A stretch of DNA of 33,040 nucleotides, from the NCBI GenBank assembly GCA_040752415.1, contig JBFMGU010000117.1, positions 1 through 33,040 on the forward strand, read 5' to 3'. The stretch comes from Myxococcota bacterium. Lineage in GTDB: Bacteria; Myxococcota; JACRCW01. The stretch's first letter is position 1. The number at the start of each line of letters is the position of its first letter. The position numbers were made by a program, and so were the translations under genes. Below are positions 17,341 through 26,371 of this stretch, one piece after another. Below the pieces are notes generated by a model. It saw only the letters and a program-made list of their open reading frames with translations. It was not told the DNA's origin and did not search any database.

Positions 17341-18335
17341 GACGCACCCTGCTTGCCACCGCTTCCCTCGCCTGCTTCCTGCTGGGCGGTGCGGCCTTTG
17401 CCCAGACGTTCAAGATGGGGACCATGGCGCCGGAAGGTTCCACCTGGCACCAGGCGCTCAAGCGCATCAGCGAGCAGTGGGCCGCGGCCTCCAGTGGCGC
17501 CGTGAAGCTCAAGATCTTCGCCGGTGGCGTCCAGGGTGACGAGGGCGACACCATCAAGAAGATGCGCATTGGCCAGCTGCAGGCCGCCGCCATCACCGCC
17601 GTGGGCCTGCGCGACATCTCGCCGGAGCCCCAGGCCATCAGCTGCCCCATGATGATCCAGAGCTACGAGGAGCTGGACTACGTCATGGAGCGCGTGGGTC
17701 CCAAGCTGGAGAAGGCCGTCGAGGATCGCGGCTTCGTGGTGCTGGCGTGGACGGACACCGGCATCATGTACTTCTTCAGCCGCAAGCCCGCCGCCACGCC
17801 GCAGGAGATGTTCCCGCAGAAGGTGTTCGCGGTGCGCGGTGACCCGGTGGCGGAGGAGGCCTGGCGCATCGCCGGCTTCACGCCGGTGGTTCTCTCGTCG
17901 GTGGAGATGATCCCGTCCTTGCAGACCGGCATGATCGACGCCTTCACATCGACGACGCTCGTGGCGCTCTCGCTCGGCTGGTACTCCAGCGCGCCCAACA
18001 TGACGCAGTATCCGTGGGGCACGCTGATCGGCGCGCTCGTCGTCAGCAAGCAAGCGTGGGACAAGGTGCCCGCGGAGCTGCGGCCCAAGCTGTTGGAGAT
18101 TGCGCGCAAGGAAGGCAACGGGCTGCGTCCGGAGGCGCGTCGTCAGGACGCGGAGTCCGTCAAGGTGATGCAGTCCAAGGGACTCAACGTGGTGAAGCCC
18201 ACGCCGGCGCAGGCCGCGGAATGGGCCAAGCTGGAGGCCAAGATCTTCCCGGCGGTGCGCGGCAAGGTGGTGCCGGAGGCCATCTTCGACGAGGTCAAGA
18301 AGACCCGCGACGAGTTCCGCGCGCAGAAGAAGTGA
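17337..18335 (+). CDS. dctP: TRAP substrate-binding protein DctP (TatP type)
   Basis: Signal peptide; GTMAPEGSTW, GGVQGDEGDTIKKMRIGQLQAA, SLQTGMIDA, WDKVPAELR. Confidence 0.92.
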   Translation: MRRTLLATASLACFLLGGAAFAQTFKMGTMAPEGSTWHQALKRISEQWAAASSGAVKLKIFAGGVQGDEGDTIKKMRIGQLQAAAITAVGLRDISPEPQAISCPMMIQSYEELDYVMERVGPKLEKAVEDRGFVVLAWTDTGIMYFFSRKPAATPQEMFPQKVFAVRGDPVAEEAWRIAGFTPVVLSSVEMIPSLQTGMIDAFTSTTLVALSLGWYSSAPNMTQYPWGTLIGALVVSKQAWDKVPAELRPKLLEIARKEGNGLRPEARRQDAESVKVMQSKGLNVVKPTPAQAAEWAKLEAKIFPAVRGKVVPEAIFDEVKKTRDEFRAQKK

Positions 18336-18338
18336 CGC

Positions 18339-19049
18339 TCAGGCGGCCAGCTCCCGCGCCACGCGTCGCTGCTCCTTCTCCCACTGCAGCACGCCCAGCA
18401 GGCCCAGCCCCCAGATCAACGGCAGCAGCATCAGCACCGCCACCAGCGCCCCGCTGAGCAGCGCCACCAGTGTGGCCAGCGTGACGGCCATGCTGGCGAC
18501 GGACAGGGCCACCCGCACCACCCCCGCCAGCCACCCCGCGGGCCCCAGGCTGATGGAGAGCGCGCGCGGCAGCTCCACCCACTCCCTCCCGGAGGCCACC
18601 ACCGCCGCGCCGGCAATGTCGAACGCGGGCAGCAGCATGCGCAGGCCCAGCGCCACGACGAGCAGCCCCACTCCCGTGGGCACCTCCGACGTCAACAGCA
18701 CGTGCGCCAAGCCCGCGAGCAGGCAAGCCGTTGTCGAGATGCGCGTCACCTGAACCAGCGCGCCAGCAAGCCCCGCCGAGAGTGCCGAGACCTGACCGCG
18801 TGAAAGCGCGATGAAGCGCACCGCCCGGCCCAGGCCCGCGGTGACCCACAGGAATGACGCCGTCACCACCAGCGTGGACCGCGCTTCCTCGAGGTCCTCC
18901 GCGCCCAGCAGCGCCACCAGGGCAGCCAGCGTGCCCAGGGAACCCAGCAGCTGCGCGCCCCCGTCGACGACCGCAGCGCTCACCCGACGCCACCACGGCA
19001 GCCGAGGGGCCTGGTCCCGCTTGACACCTTGGGCGGGCGCGTGTGCCAT
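18339..19049 (-). CDS. Hypothetical membrane protein
   Basis: GGGAGG RBS before ATG 19049; several Ala/Leu/Val-rich hydrophobic segments; fills the gap between dctP and the next gene. Confidence 0.65.
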   Translation of the reverse strand: MAHAPAQGVKRDQAPRLPWWRRVSAAVVDGGAQLLGSLGTLAALVALLGAEDLEEARSTLVVTASFLWVTAGLGRAVRFIALSRGQVSALSAGLAGALVQVTRISTTACLLAGLAHVLLTSEVPTGVGLLVVALGLRMLLPAFDIAGAAVVASGREWVELPRALSISLGPAGWLAGVVRVALSVASMAVTLATLVALLSGALVAVLMLLPLIWGLGLLGVLQWEKEQRRVARELAA

Positions 19050-19078
19050 GATGTCGTCGTCCTCCCGTGTTGCGGCCA

Positions 19079-20092
19079 ATGATGCCCCGGCTGGTTTCCT
19101 GCGCTGCGCTCGTGCTGCTCACGGTGGCCAGCACCACGGCTTCCGCCGCCAATCCCTACCTCCAACGCGCACGGGAGCGGTACCAGGCCCTGGACTACCC
19201 CGCGCTGCCCGGGCTGCTCGCTGAAGCCATGGTGCAGCCGGGCAACACCCGCGCGGAGCTCGTCGAGATCTACCGGTTGCAGGGCTTTGCCTACACCATC
19301 AATGGCGACGAGGCCTCCGCCCGCCAGGCCTTCCTCCGCCTGCTCATCGCCGACCCGGATCACGTGATGGACGACTCCGTGAGTCCGCGTTTCCGGGCCG
19401 CGTTCACCCGCGTGCGCACCGAGTTCCAGCGCGAGGGCCCCGTCACCGCGCAGCACCAACCGCCCACCCGCGGCCTGCGCGTGCGCGTGACGTTGAAGGA
19501 CCGTTTCCGTCGGGTGGAGGACGCGCACGTGGCGGTGCGGGTGGTGAGCGGGGAGAGTCGCGGCACGTGGCTCACCGTCCCCATGGAGCCGCGCTCGACG
19601 AAGGGCACCCGTCGCACGCTGGAAGCACTCCTCCCGGACCCCGCCAAGGCGCTCCCCGACGCACCACCCGGCGAATACGTCCTGGAGTACCACTTCGGCT
19701 TTCGCACCTTCCTCGGCGACGACGTCCCCGTGTCCGGTCTGGAGCCGCTCTACCGGGTCTCGACGGGCGGCGGTGAGGACACGTCGTCATCCCCGCGCTG
19801 GCCGTGGATTGCGGCGGGGGCGACGTCGGGCGGCGTGGGACTTGCGGTGTTGTTGGCGGGCGCGGCGGTGTCGCTGGGCGGAGCGGTGCTGCTGGGTCAG
19901 CAACCCCGGGATGACCGAGGCCAGTTCCTCGCCAGCAAGGGGGAGAACGCCACGGACGCGTATGTCCGCGTAGGCACGATGGCGGCGCTGATGCCGTTGG
20001 GACTCGTCGGGTGTTTGGCGGGTGTCGTCCTGATGATGGCGGGTGTGGGCATGGAGATGGCAGGCTTCCTCCTGCTGCGGTTGAAGGAGTGA
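19079..20092 (+). CDS. Exported TPR-like protein with C-terminal Gly-rich membrane segments
   Basis: Signal peptide ending ASA; TPR-like EIYRLQGFAY...ARQAFLRLLIADPD..SPRF; two C-terminal Gly-rich hydrophobic helices. Confidence 0.7.
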   Translation: MMPRLVSCAALVLLTVASTTASAANPYLQRARERYQALDYPALPGLLAEAMVQPGNTRAELVEIYRLQGFAYTINGDEASARQAFLRLLIADPDHVMDDSVSPRFRAAFTRVRTEFQREGPVTAQHQPPTRGLRVRVTLKDRFRRVEDAHVAVRVVSGESRGTWLTVPMEPRSTKGTRRTLEALLPDPAKALPDAPPGEYVLEYHFGFRTFLGDDVPVSGLEPLYRVSTGGGEDTSSSPRWPWIAAGATSGGVGLAVLLAGAAVSLGGAVLLGQQPRDDRGQFLASKGENATDAYVRVGTMAALMPLGLVGCLAGVVLMMAGVGMEMAGFLLLRLKE

Positions 20093-20096
20093 CCCC

Positions 20097-21089
20097 ATGC
20101 GCGCGTGGTCCGGTGTTGCACTGGCAATCGTCGTCGGGGCGGGCTGCGGATTCCTCCGGGTGGCCACCTGCAGCACCGACGCGGATTGCTCCACCGGCCT
20201 CGTGTGCGACGTCGAGCGTGGCGTCTGTGAAGAGCCAGACCCGGTCGCCATCAGCAGCAGCTCCAGCGGTTCCAGCAGCTCCAGTGCGTCGAGCGCCGTG
20301 AGCACCTCCTCGGCCTCATCCACGTCGTCAAGCAGCTCGTCGTCCTCGTCCTCCTCCTCCAGCTCCTCCAGCGGCACTTCCGCGTCATCCACGAGCAGCT
20401 CGATCACCGCCTCCAGCGCCACTTCCTCCACCTCCAGCACGAGCTCATCCGCGACAGCAACGTCGTCGTCATCCACCGCCTCGTCGACGTCCTCATCCAG
20501 CTCGACCTCGTCGTCGTCCAGCTCCTCCTCCTCGTCGGGGAACCTGCTGGAAATCGGGTGCGCGGACGGAACGCGGGAGGCCTACGTCGACACCGTCACC
20601 GAGCCGGACATCGCGGCCTGCGCAGGTGGCTGGTCCGTCGGCGGGACGAAGAGCACGCTGTCACTGACGCCGCAGTGCGCTCGCGCCGCGGGAAACTCCT
20701 CGGCCAATCCCACGGGAACAGGGTGCAGCATCGCCGACCTGTGCGCGGACGGCTGGCACGTGTGTGACGACGACACGGAGGTGGCCAGCAAGGCCATCAA
20801 CGGCGGGTGTCCCCCCAACGGCGTGGACGACGTGTTCTGGGCCACGCGTCAGGCGCAGAACAGCGGCTTCAACTGCGACGACGATCCCGCCGAGCGCAAC
20901 AACGTCGTGGGCTGCGGCAACATTGGCACCAACGGCGGCTGTGGACCGCTGGGCAAGGAGATGAAGGAGGCGGACTGTCCCAACACGGCCACCTGGCTCT
21001 GCGACGGCCCCGGCACGGAAGAGGAAGCCAACGTGATCACGCACCTCTCGTCGCTGGAAGGCGGCGCGCTCTGCTGCAAGGACCCGTGA
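20097..21089 (+). CDS. Cys-rich exported protein/lipoprotein with long Ser/Thr linker
   Basis: GAGC lipobox-like signal, CSTDADC module, about 95-aa poly-Ser/Thr tract, C-terminal Cys-rich domain (GCADGTRE...GGALCC). Confidence 0.78.
   Translation: MRAWSGVALAIVVGAGCGFLRVATCSTDADCSTGLVCDVERGVCEEPDPVAISSSSSGSSSSSASSAVSTSSASSTSSSSSSSSSSSSSSSSGTSASSTSSSITASSATSSTSSTSSSATATSSSSTASSTSSSSSTSSSSSSSSSSGNLLEIGCADGTREAYVDTVTEPDIAACAGGWSVGGTKSTLSLTPQCARAAGNSSANPTGTGCSIADLCADGWHVCDDDTEVASKAINGGCPPNGVDDVFWATRQAQNSGFNCDDDPAERNNVVGCGNIGTNGGCGPLGKEMKEADCPNTATWLCDGPGTEEEANVITHLSSLEGGALCCKDP
20253..20537 (+). repeat. Low-complexity poly-Ser/Thr coding tract
   Basis: Mixed TCC/TCG/AGC/TCA codons giving SSSSSGSSSSSASS... 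Confidence 0.85.
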
Positions 21090-22262
21090 TCAGCCCATCA
21101 CGCGCAGGAAGAAGCACTTCAGGTAGTCGCTCTCCGGGAAGCCCACCTTGACGGGATGATCCGGCCCCGCCCCCCGACGCATCAACACCTGCAGGTCCTT
21201 CCCCGCATCCGCGGCCGCGGCCTGCACCACCTCCAGCAGCATCGTGGCGTCGACGGGTTGGCTGCAGCTGCACGTCACCAGCATCCCGCCGGGGGAGAGC
21301 ATCTTCAGCGCGCGGAGGTTCAGCTCCTTGTAGCCTCGCAGCGCGGGCTCCAGGTTGTGCTTGCCCTTGGCGAACGCCGGCGGGTCCAGGACGATGACGT
21401 CGTAGGTGACGCCGCGGTCGCTCTCCTCGCGCAGCAGGTCGAACGCATTGGCGGCCACCGCTTCCACGTTCCCAAGCGCGTTGTCCCGGGCGTTCTGCGC
21501 AATGCGCTCAGCGGCCGGCGCACTCTGGTCCACCGCCTTCACGCTCTGGCACCGGCGCGCCAGCTGCAGCGCGAATCCTCCGTCGCCACTGAAGCAGTCC
21601 AGCGCGCGACCCGTTCCCAGCGTCCCGGCGAGCACGTGGTTGTCGCGCTGGTCCAGGAAGGTGCCGGTCTTCTGCCCGCCCAGCAGGTCAATGGTCAGCG
21701 CAATCCCGCCCTCGCGGTAGCGCACGGAGGTCTCGGTGCCCTTCACCACGCGCTTATCCAGCGGGAGGCCTTCCTTCTGGCGCACCGGCACGTCGTTGCG
21801 CAGCACCAGCGTGCTGGGAGCGCGCAGCTCGTCAATCAGCGAGAGGATCTCGTCCTGCAGTCGCGCCGTGCCTTGCGCCAGCACCTGCACCGTCACCGCG
21901 GAGCCGAACACGTCGACGACCAGGCCCGGGATGCCGTCGGCCTCACCGTGCACCCAACGGAACGCCTCCTGCGGTCCCCCGTACGCGCGCGTTCTCAGCT
22001 CCAGCGCCGCCACCAGCCGCCCGCGCAGGAACTCCCGGTCCAGCGGCTGCACCTTCCGGGAGGCCAGGCGCACCGCCAGCAGGCTCTCCGTCGACGAGAA
22101 ACCCACGCCCAGCGCCGCGGACCGCTTGCGTCCCTGCTCCTGCACCAGCACGCCCTCGCCGGGTTCCAGCGCGTCGGCGTGGATGATGTCCGAGCGGTAG
22201 ACCCAGGGGTGGCCGCCCCGGAGGCGGTCGGCGGCACGGCGGCTGATGGTGACGGTCTTCAC
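21090..22262 (-). CDS. rlmI: Class I SAM-dependent rRNA methyltransferase, RlmI (23S m5C1962)-like
   Basis: PUA-like GHPWVYRS, HGEADGIPGLVVD, GQKTGTFLDQRDN, LDPPAFAK, TCSCS, DHPV....PESDYLK. Confidence 0.88.
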   Translation of the reverse strand: MKTVTISRRAADRLRGGHPWVYRSDIIHADALEPGEGVLVQEQGRKRSAALGVGFSSTESLLAVRLASRKVQPLDREFLRGRLVAALELRTRAYGGPQEAFRWVHGEADGIPGLVVDVFGSAVTVQVLAQGTARLQDEILSLIDELRAPSTLVLRNDVPVRQKEGLPLDKRVVKGTETSVRYREGGIALTIDLLGGQKTGTFLDQRDNHVLAGTLGTGRALDCFSGDGGFALQLARRCQSVKAVDQSAPAAERIAQNARDNALGNVEAVAANAFDLLREESDRGVTYDVIVLDPPAFAKGKHNLEPALRGYKELNLRALKMLSPGGMLVTCSCSQPVDATMLLEVVQAAAADAGKDLQVLMRRGAGPDHPVKVGFPESDYLKCFFLRVMG

Positions 22263-22353
22263 GGGGCGCGCAGCCTGCCACCGAACCCGCGGAAGACCAA
22301 AAGCGCTTGCACCCGCCCCCCCTCATCCGTCACGTTCCCCGACGGAAACCGCC

Positions 22354-23169
22354 ATGGCCACACCGCAGCCCTCCACCCCGCCCAAGGACGAGCGCACCGA
22401 GCCGCAGGCGCCTCCGCCCCCCGGCGTGGCCATCGAGGTGCGCGACCTCGTCAAGAGCTACGCGGGCCAACCCATCCTGCGCGGCATCAACCTCATCGTC
22501 CCCTCGGGCACCACCACGGTGATCCTCGGCGGGTCCGGGCAGGGCAAGAGCGTGCTCATGAAGCACCTCATTGGCCTGGAGCACCCGGACTCCGGTCACG
22601 TCTTCATCAACGGCCGCGACATCGTCCCCATGAACTCCGCGCAGCTCAATGAAGTGCGCAATGAGTTCGGGATGGTGTTCCAGAACGCCGCGCTGTTTGA
22701 CTCCATGAGCGTGTACGAGAACGTGGCGTTCCCCCTGCGCGAGCACACGCGGATGAAGGAGGCTGAAATCCAGAAGCGCGTGCACGAGGTGCTCTCGCTC
22801 TTCAGCCTGGACCCCAAGGCCTACAGCAAGTTCCCCGCGCAGATTTCCGGCGGCATGCGCAAGCGCGTGGGCCTGGCGCGCGCCGTGGTGCGGCAGCCCA
22901 AGATCGTCCTCTACGACGAGCCCACCACCGGCCTGGACCCCCTCACCACCGAGGCGGTGGACGAGATGATCCTCCACGCCAAGGAGAGCCTGAACGTCAC
23001 CAGCGTGGTCATCAGCCATGACATTGGCAGCGCGTTCAAGATTGCGGACTCGCTCGCCTTCCTCCACGCCGGGCGCATCATCGAGCACGGTTCGCCCGCG
23101 GAGTTCAAGAACAGCAAGCGGGAGGAGGTGCAGCGCTTCCTCTCCATGTGGTTCGCCAAGAGCTACTGA
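22354..23169 (+). CDS. MlaF/Ttg2A-type ABC transporter ATP-binding protein
   Basis: Walker A GGSGQGKS, FQNAALFDSMSVYENVAFPLREH, ISGGMRKRVGLARA, LYDEPTTGLDP, ISHD. Confidence 0.88.
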   Translation: MATPQPSTPPKDERTEPQAPPPPGVAIEVRDLVKSYAGQPILRGINLIVPSGTTTVILGGSGQGKSVLMKHLIGLEHPDSGHVFINGRDIVPMNSAQLNEVRNEFGMVFQNAALFDSMSVYENVAFPLREHTRMKEAEIQKRVHEVLSLFSLDPKAYSKFPAQISGGMRKRVGLARAVVRQPKIVLYDEPTTGLDPLTTEAVDEMILHAKESLNVTSVVISHDIGSAFKIADSLAFLHAGRIIEHGSPAEFKNSKREEVQRFLSMWFAKSY

Positions 23170-23203
23170 GCGGTGGATCCGGGCCGCCCCCACGTCGAGC
23201 GGC

Positions 23204-23232
23204 TTGAGCCCACTGACCCTTGCGGGTAGGGT
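23204..23232 (+). promoter_or_regulatory. sigma70-type promoter upstream of the hyp-hyp-tgl-recO-FGE gene run
   Basis: TTGAGC-N17-TAGGGT, about 80 nt before ATG 23313. Confidence 0.55.
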
Positions 23233-23312
23233 GGGTCGCCTTTCTGGCGCGGCCCAGCGCACCCCGTGCGTTGTGTGGGGAAACGTGGGGTCGCACCTCG
23301 TCGTGGAGAAGG

Positions 23313-24110
23313 ATGGCAGTGGCCAGCATCTCGGGAAGCGGACATCTCGTCGAGCGGGTGGGTCAGAACCTGACCGTGCGCGCCCAGCTGTGGCCACGCG
23401 GGGAGCCGCCCCTGCCCGGCGTGGTGGAAGTGGCCGAGAACGCTCCCCGCGCGGCTCCGGTGGCGTCCCTGCTGGTGGAGGCCAATGGCAAGGAGGGGCC
23501 GCGCTTCAAGGCGCTGGTCCACGGCTACGGCTGCAGCTGCGCGGAGGAGGTGGAGCTCTGGGAGAAGCCCGGGCTCATCCTCGTGGGCGTGGGCCAGGCC
23601 GCCACCGTGCTGGATGCCAACACCGGAGTGGTGAAGCTGCGCGTCCCCATGGGCGGTTACTTCAACAGCCTCTGGCTTGCCGAGGACGGCCGCGACGCAT
23701 TCCTCTGTGGCGACGAGCAGGTGGTCCGCCTGGTGCCGCCCGGCATCATCAGCTGGCAGAAGACGCTGGGCGTGGATGGCGTGCTGGTGCACCGCGCCGT
23801 GGGCATGACGGTGTTCGTCAGCGCGCAGCGCAAGGTGGGCGGGCCGTGGGTGGATTTCCTGCTGGACCGGGCCACCGGCGCCGTCCAGGAAGCGCCCGAC
23901 CCCGACGACGACGGTGATGCGGCCGACACCCCGGCCCGCGCGGACGCCAAGAGCGGCACCGCGGACCCGAAAAAACGTCCCGCTGCCGCCCCCGCGGTGA
24001 AGCGGAAGCCCGAGCCGCCCGTCCAAGCGGATGACCCGGACACCGTGGATGATGATGACCCGTCCGTGCGTTTGGTGCGTGATGATGAAACCGACCCTGA
24101 CGACGAATAA
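23313..24110 (+). CDS. Hypothetical protein (partial PQQ-like beta-propeller blades, acidic disordered tail)
   Basis: GGAGAAGG RBS; LDANTGVV, GIISWQ and LDRATGAV blade-like motifs; D/P-rich C-terminus. Confidence 0.65.
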   Translation: MAVASISGSGHLVERVGQNLTVRAQLWPRGEPPLPGVVEVAENAPRAAPVASLLVEANGKEGPRFKALVHGYGCSCAEEVELWEKPGLILVGVGQAATVLDANTGVVKLRVPMGGYFNSLWLAEDGRDAFLCGDEQVVRLVPPGIISWQKTLGVDGVLVHRAVGMTVFVSAQRKVGGPWVDFLLDRATGAVQEAPDPDDDGDAADTPARADAKSGTADPKKRPAAAPAVKRKPEPPVQADDPDTVDDDDPSVRLVRDDETDPDDE

Positions 24111-24729
24111 GCCCCGCTCCTCCCGCGCGTGGCGTGTGGCGGCGTGGCTGGCCGCGGGCCTGCTGGTGGCGCAGGACGCGCTGGCGGTGAGCGTCTACCT
24201 CAACGGCGTCAACATTGACGGCGTGACCAACCAGACCTTCGAGAACTGCAAGGTGGAGCTGGACGCCAAGGGCAACGTGCTCATCACGGCCAAGGGCTAC
24301 CAGGTCCAGGTGCAGCAGCCCACGCCCGCTCCCGCCGCGGCGCCCGCTCCGGTGCCCGCCGCGCCCGCGCAGCTCACCCGTCGCTACTGGATGGTGACGG
24401 AGAAGAACTTCCCGGGCATGACGCAGTACGAGATTGACATCTTCATCAACAGCGTCTGGGTCCGGAAGGTGGCCGACGACGAGGAGCAGCAGGTGTTCGA
24501 GGTCACGCGTTACCTGCGGCCCGGTCGCAACGTGGTGCACTTCACGGCCACCAAGAACATGGGCAGCGCGCGCAAGAGCCACAGCCCGCAGCACTATTTC
24601 AAGGTCATCTTCGGCGAGGGCAACGTGGGCGGGGACAACGTCATGATCGACAACCCGCTGCTGGAATACCGTCGTCACGCCGCCGAGGTGCAGAACTTCA
24701 ACGACGACTTCGTCATCACGGCGCGCTGA
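24082..24729 (+). CDS. Hypothetical exported two-domain beta protein
   Basis: Signal peptide ending ALA; SVYLNGVNIDG domain, Pro/Ala linker, then DIFINSVWV...LRPGRNVV jelly-roll-like segment; strong GC3 bias. Exact start uncertain. Confidence 0.75.
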   Translation: MMKPTLTTNKPRSSRAWRVAAWLAAGLLVAQDALAVSVYLNGVNIDGVTNQTFENCKVELDAKGNVLITAKGYQVQVQQPTPAPAAAPAPVPAAPAQLTRRYWMVTEKNFPGMTQYEIDIFINSVWVRKVADDEEQQVFEVTRYLRPGRNVVHFTATKNMGSARKSHSPQHYFKVIFGEGNVGGDNVMIDNPLLEYRRHAAEVQNFNDDFVITAR

Positions 24730-24756
24730 CACCAGGTCCTGCTGCGCATCCCCTCC

Positions 24757-25590
24757 ATGTCCTTCCGTTCCCGTGTTGTCGTCGTGCTGTTCCTGGGTCT
24801 TGCCAGCAGCACCATGCCCGCCTGCAAGACCACGCGCGCCGTCTCCCCCGCGGACCGGGAGAAGGCGCAGTACCAGTATGACCTGGGTGTCGCCGCGCTG
24901 CGGGAGCAGAAGTACCGGGAGTCGCTGGCGGAGCTGTTGAAGGGTGAGCAGCTCAACCCGGAGGACCCGCGCATCCAGCACGCGCTGGGGCTCACCTACT
25001 TCGTCGGGTTCGGGCGCTTGGACGACGCGGAGAAGCATCTCAAGCGCGCCATTGCGCTGGACACGCCGGAGAACAAGGAACTGCCCGCGTGGTCCATCAG
25101 CGACGCGCAGAACGCGCTGGGCAACGTCTACATCGCCAAGAACCAGTGCGAGAAGGCCATCCCGCTCTTCGAGAAGGCCAAGAGCAACCTGCTGTGGCCC
25201 ACACCGCACCTCGCGGAGCAGGGGCTGGGCTGGTGCCTGCACAAGACGGGGAAGACGGAGCAGGGCATCGTCCATCTCAAGACCGCGGTGAACATGCACC
25301 CGGACCTGTGCGGCGGCTACGACTACCTGGCGCAGATCTACGTCGACACGCAGCGCGACGCGGAGGCCATCCTCTGGCTGGGTCGCTACCTCAAGCAGTG
25401 TGACACCGACCGCCTGCGCAAGTATGTCCCGCCCGGCCAGATCCCCGGCAACTACTACCGGCTGGGCATGGCGCAGCTGCGGACCGGGGACCGGGAAGGC
25501 GCGCGTCAGACCTTTGCCACGTGTGTGGAGCGGTTTGGGCAGGAGGAGGCGGCGGTGGCCTGCCGCAAGAACCTGGCCCTGCTGGAATGA
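24757..25590 (+). CDS. tgl: Type IV pilus secretin pilotin, TPR lipoprotein Tgl (PilF/PilW family)
   Basis: Lipoprotein signal (..PAC); TPRs; YDLG, NLLWPTPHLAEQGLGW, AVNMHPDLCGGY, FATC and CR match the Tgl pattern as I recall it (YPTPFIAQGNLGW, NPNFCLGY). Confidence 0.82.
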   Translation: MSFRSRVVVVLFLGLASSTMPACKTTRAVSPADREKAQYQYDLGVAALREQKYRESLAELLKGEQLNPEDPRIQHALGLTYFVGFGRLDDAEKHLKRAIALDTPENKELPAWSISDAQNALGNVYIAKNQCEKAIPLFEKAKSNLLWPTPHLAEQGLGWCLHKTGKTEQGIVHLKTAVNMHPDLCGGYDYLAQIYVDTQRDAEAILWLGRYLKQCDTDRLRKYVPPGQIPGNYYRLGMAQLRTGDREGARQTFATCVERFGQEEAAVACRKNLALLE

Positions 25591-25591
25591 C

Positions 25592-26371
25592 ATGCCCGTG
25601 CATGACGCCGTGGTGGTGGCGGTGCATCACACGTCGGAAAGCAATCTCGTCGTGGAGCTGCTCACGCGGGATGCCGGGAGGTTCTCCTGCGTGGCGCGCG
25701 GGGCCCGGCTCTCGCAGCGTCGCTTTCCCGGCGGCGTGGACGTGCTGACGCGCCTTGACGCCGACGAGACCGCGCCCCGTCGCGGAGAGCTGCACACCCT
25801 CAACGCCGCCACCGTCACCGACGCATTCCTGCCCCTGCGCCAGGACCCGCTCGCCGTGGGTCGTGCCGCGTACGTGGCGGAGATTGCCGCCGCGCTCAGC
25901 CCCGCCGGCCACGTTGCCGACGAGACGTTCGACATCCTCATCGAGGCCATGCGTGCGTTGTGCGTTGGTCCCGCCGGCCCTGCCCTGTTGCGCTGGGCGG
26001 AGCTGCGCCTGCTGCTTTCCGTCGGTGAGCTGGCGCCCATGGACGCCTGTCACGGCTGCTCGGAGGCCCTGGAGAGCGCGGTGCACCTGCCGCACCAGCC
26101 AGGGCACCTGTGGTGTCGTTCCTGCGCGCCGCCTCACGCCGTGGCGGTCCCCGCTCCGGTGCTGGAGCTGCTCGCGCAGGCGCCGGGCTGGACGGCGGAG
26201 CAGGCGCGCACGGCACCGGTCTCCCCATTGACGAGCGTGACGGCGGGACGAATGCTTGCGCCGCTCATCCGTCACGCCGTGGGACGGCCGTTGAAGAGCA
26301 CGCAGTACCTGTTGCAGTTGGAACGACACGGTGGCGCGGACCCCTCCACGCCGCCCGAGGTGGGCACATGA
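25592..26371 (+). CDS. recO: DNA repair protein RecO
   Basis: ESNLVVELLTRDAGRFSCVARGARLSQRRF, Zn finger CHGC...CRSC, GRPLKS; ATG 1 nt after the tgl stop. Confidence 0.88.
   Translation: MPVHDAVVVAVHHTSESNLVVELLTRDAGRFSCVARGARLSQRRFPGGVDVLTRLDADETAPRRGELHTLNAATVTDAFLPLRQDPLAVGRAAYVAEIAAALSPAGHVADETFDILIEAMRALCVGPAGPALLRWAELRLLLSVGELAPMDACHGCSEALESAVHLPHQPGHLWCRSCAPPHAVAVPAPVLELLAQAPGWTAEQARTAPVSPLTSVTAGRMLAPLIRHAVGRPLKSTQYLLQLERHGGADPSTPPEVGT

Noticed and set aside
23188..23290. Multibranch RNA closed by CCCCACGT/ACGTGGGG
   Set aside because: It spans a well-spaced -35/-10 promoter, so the 5' half is probably not in the downstream transcript; such stems are common at this GC content.
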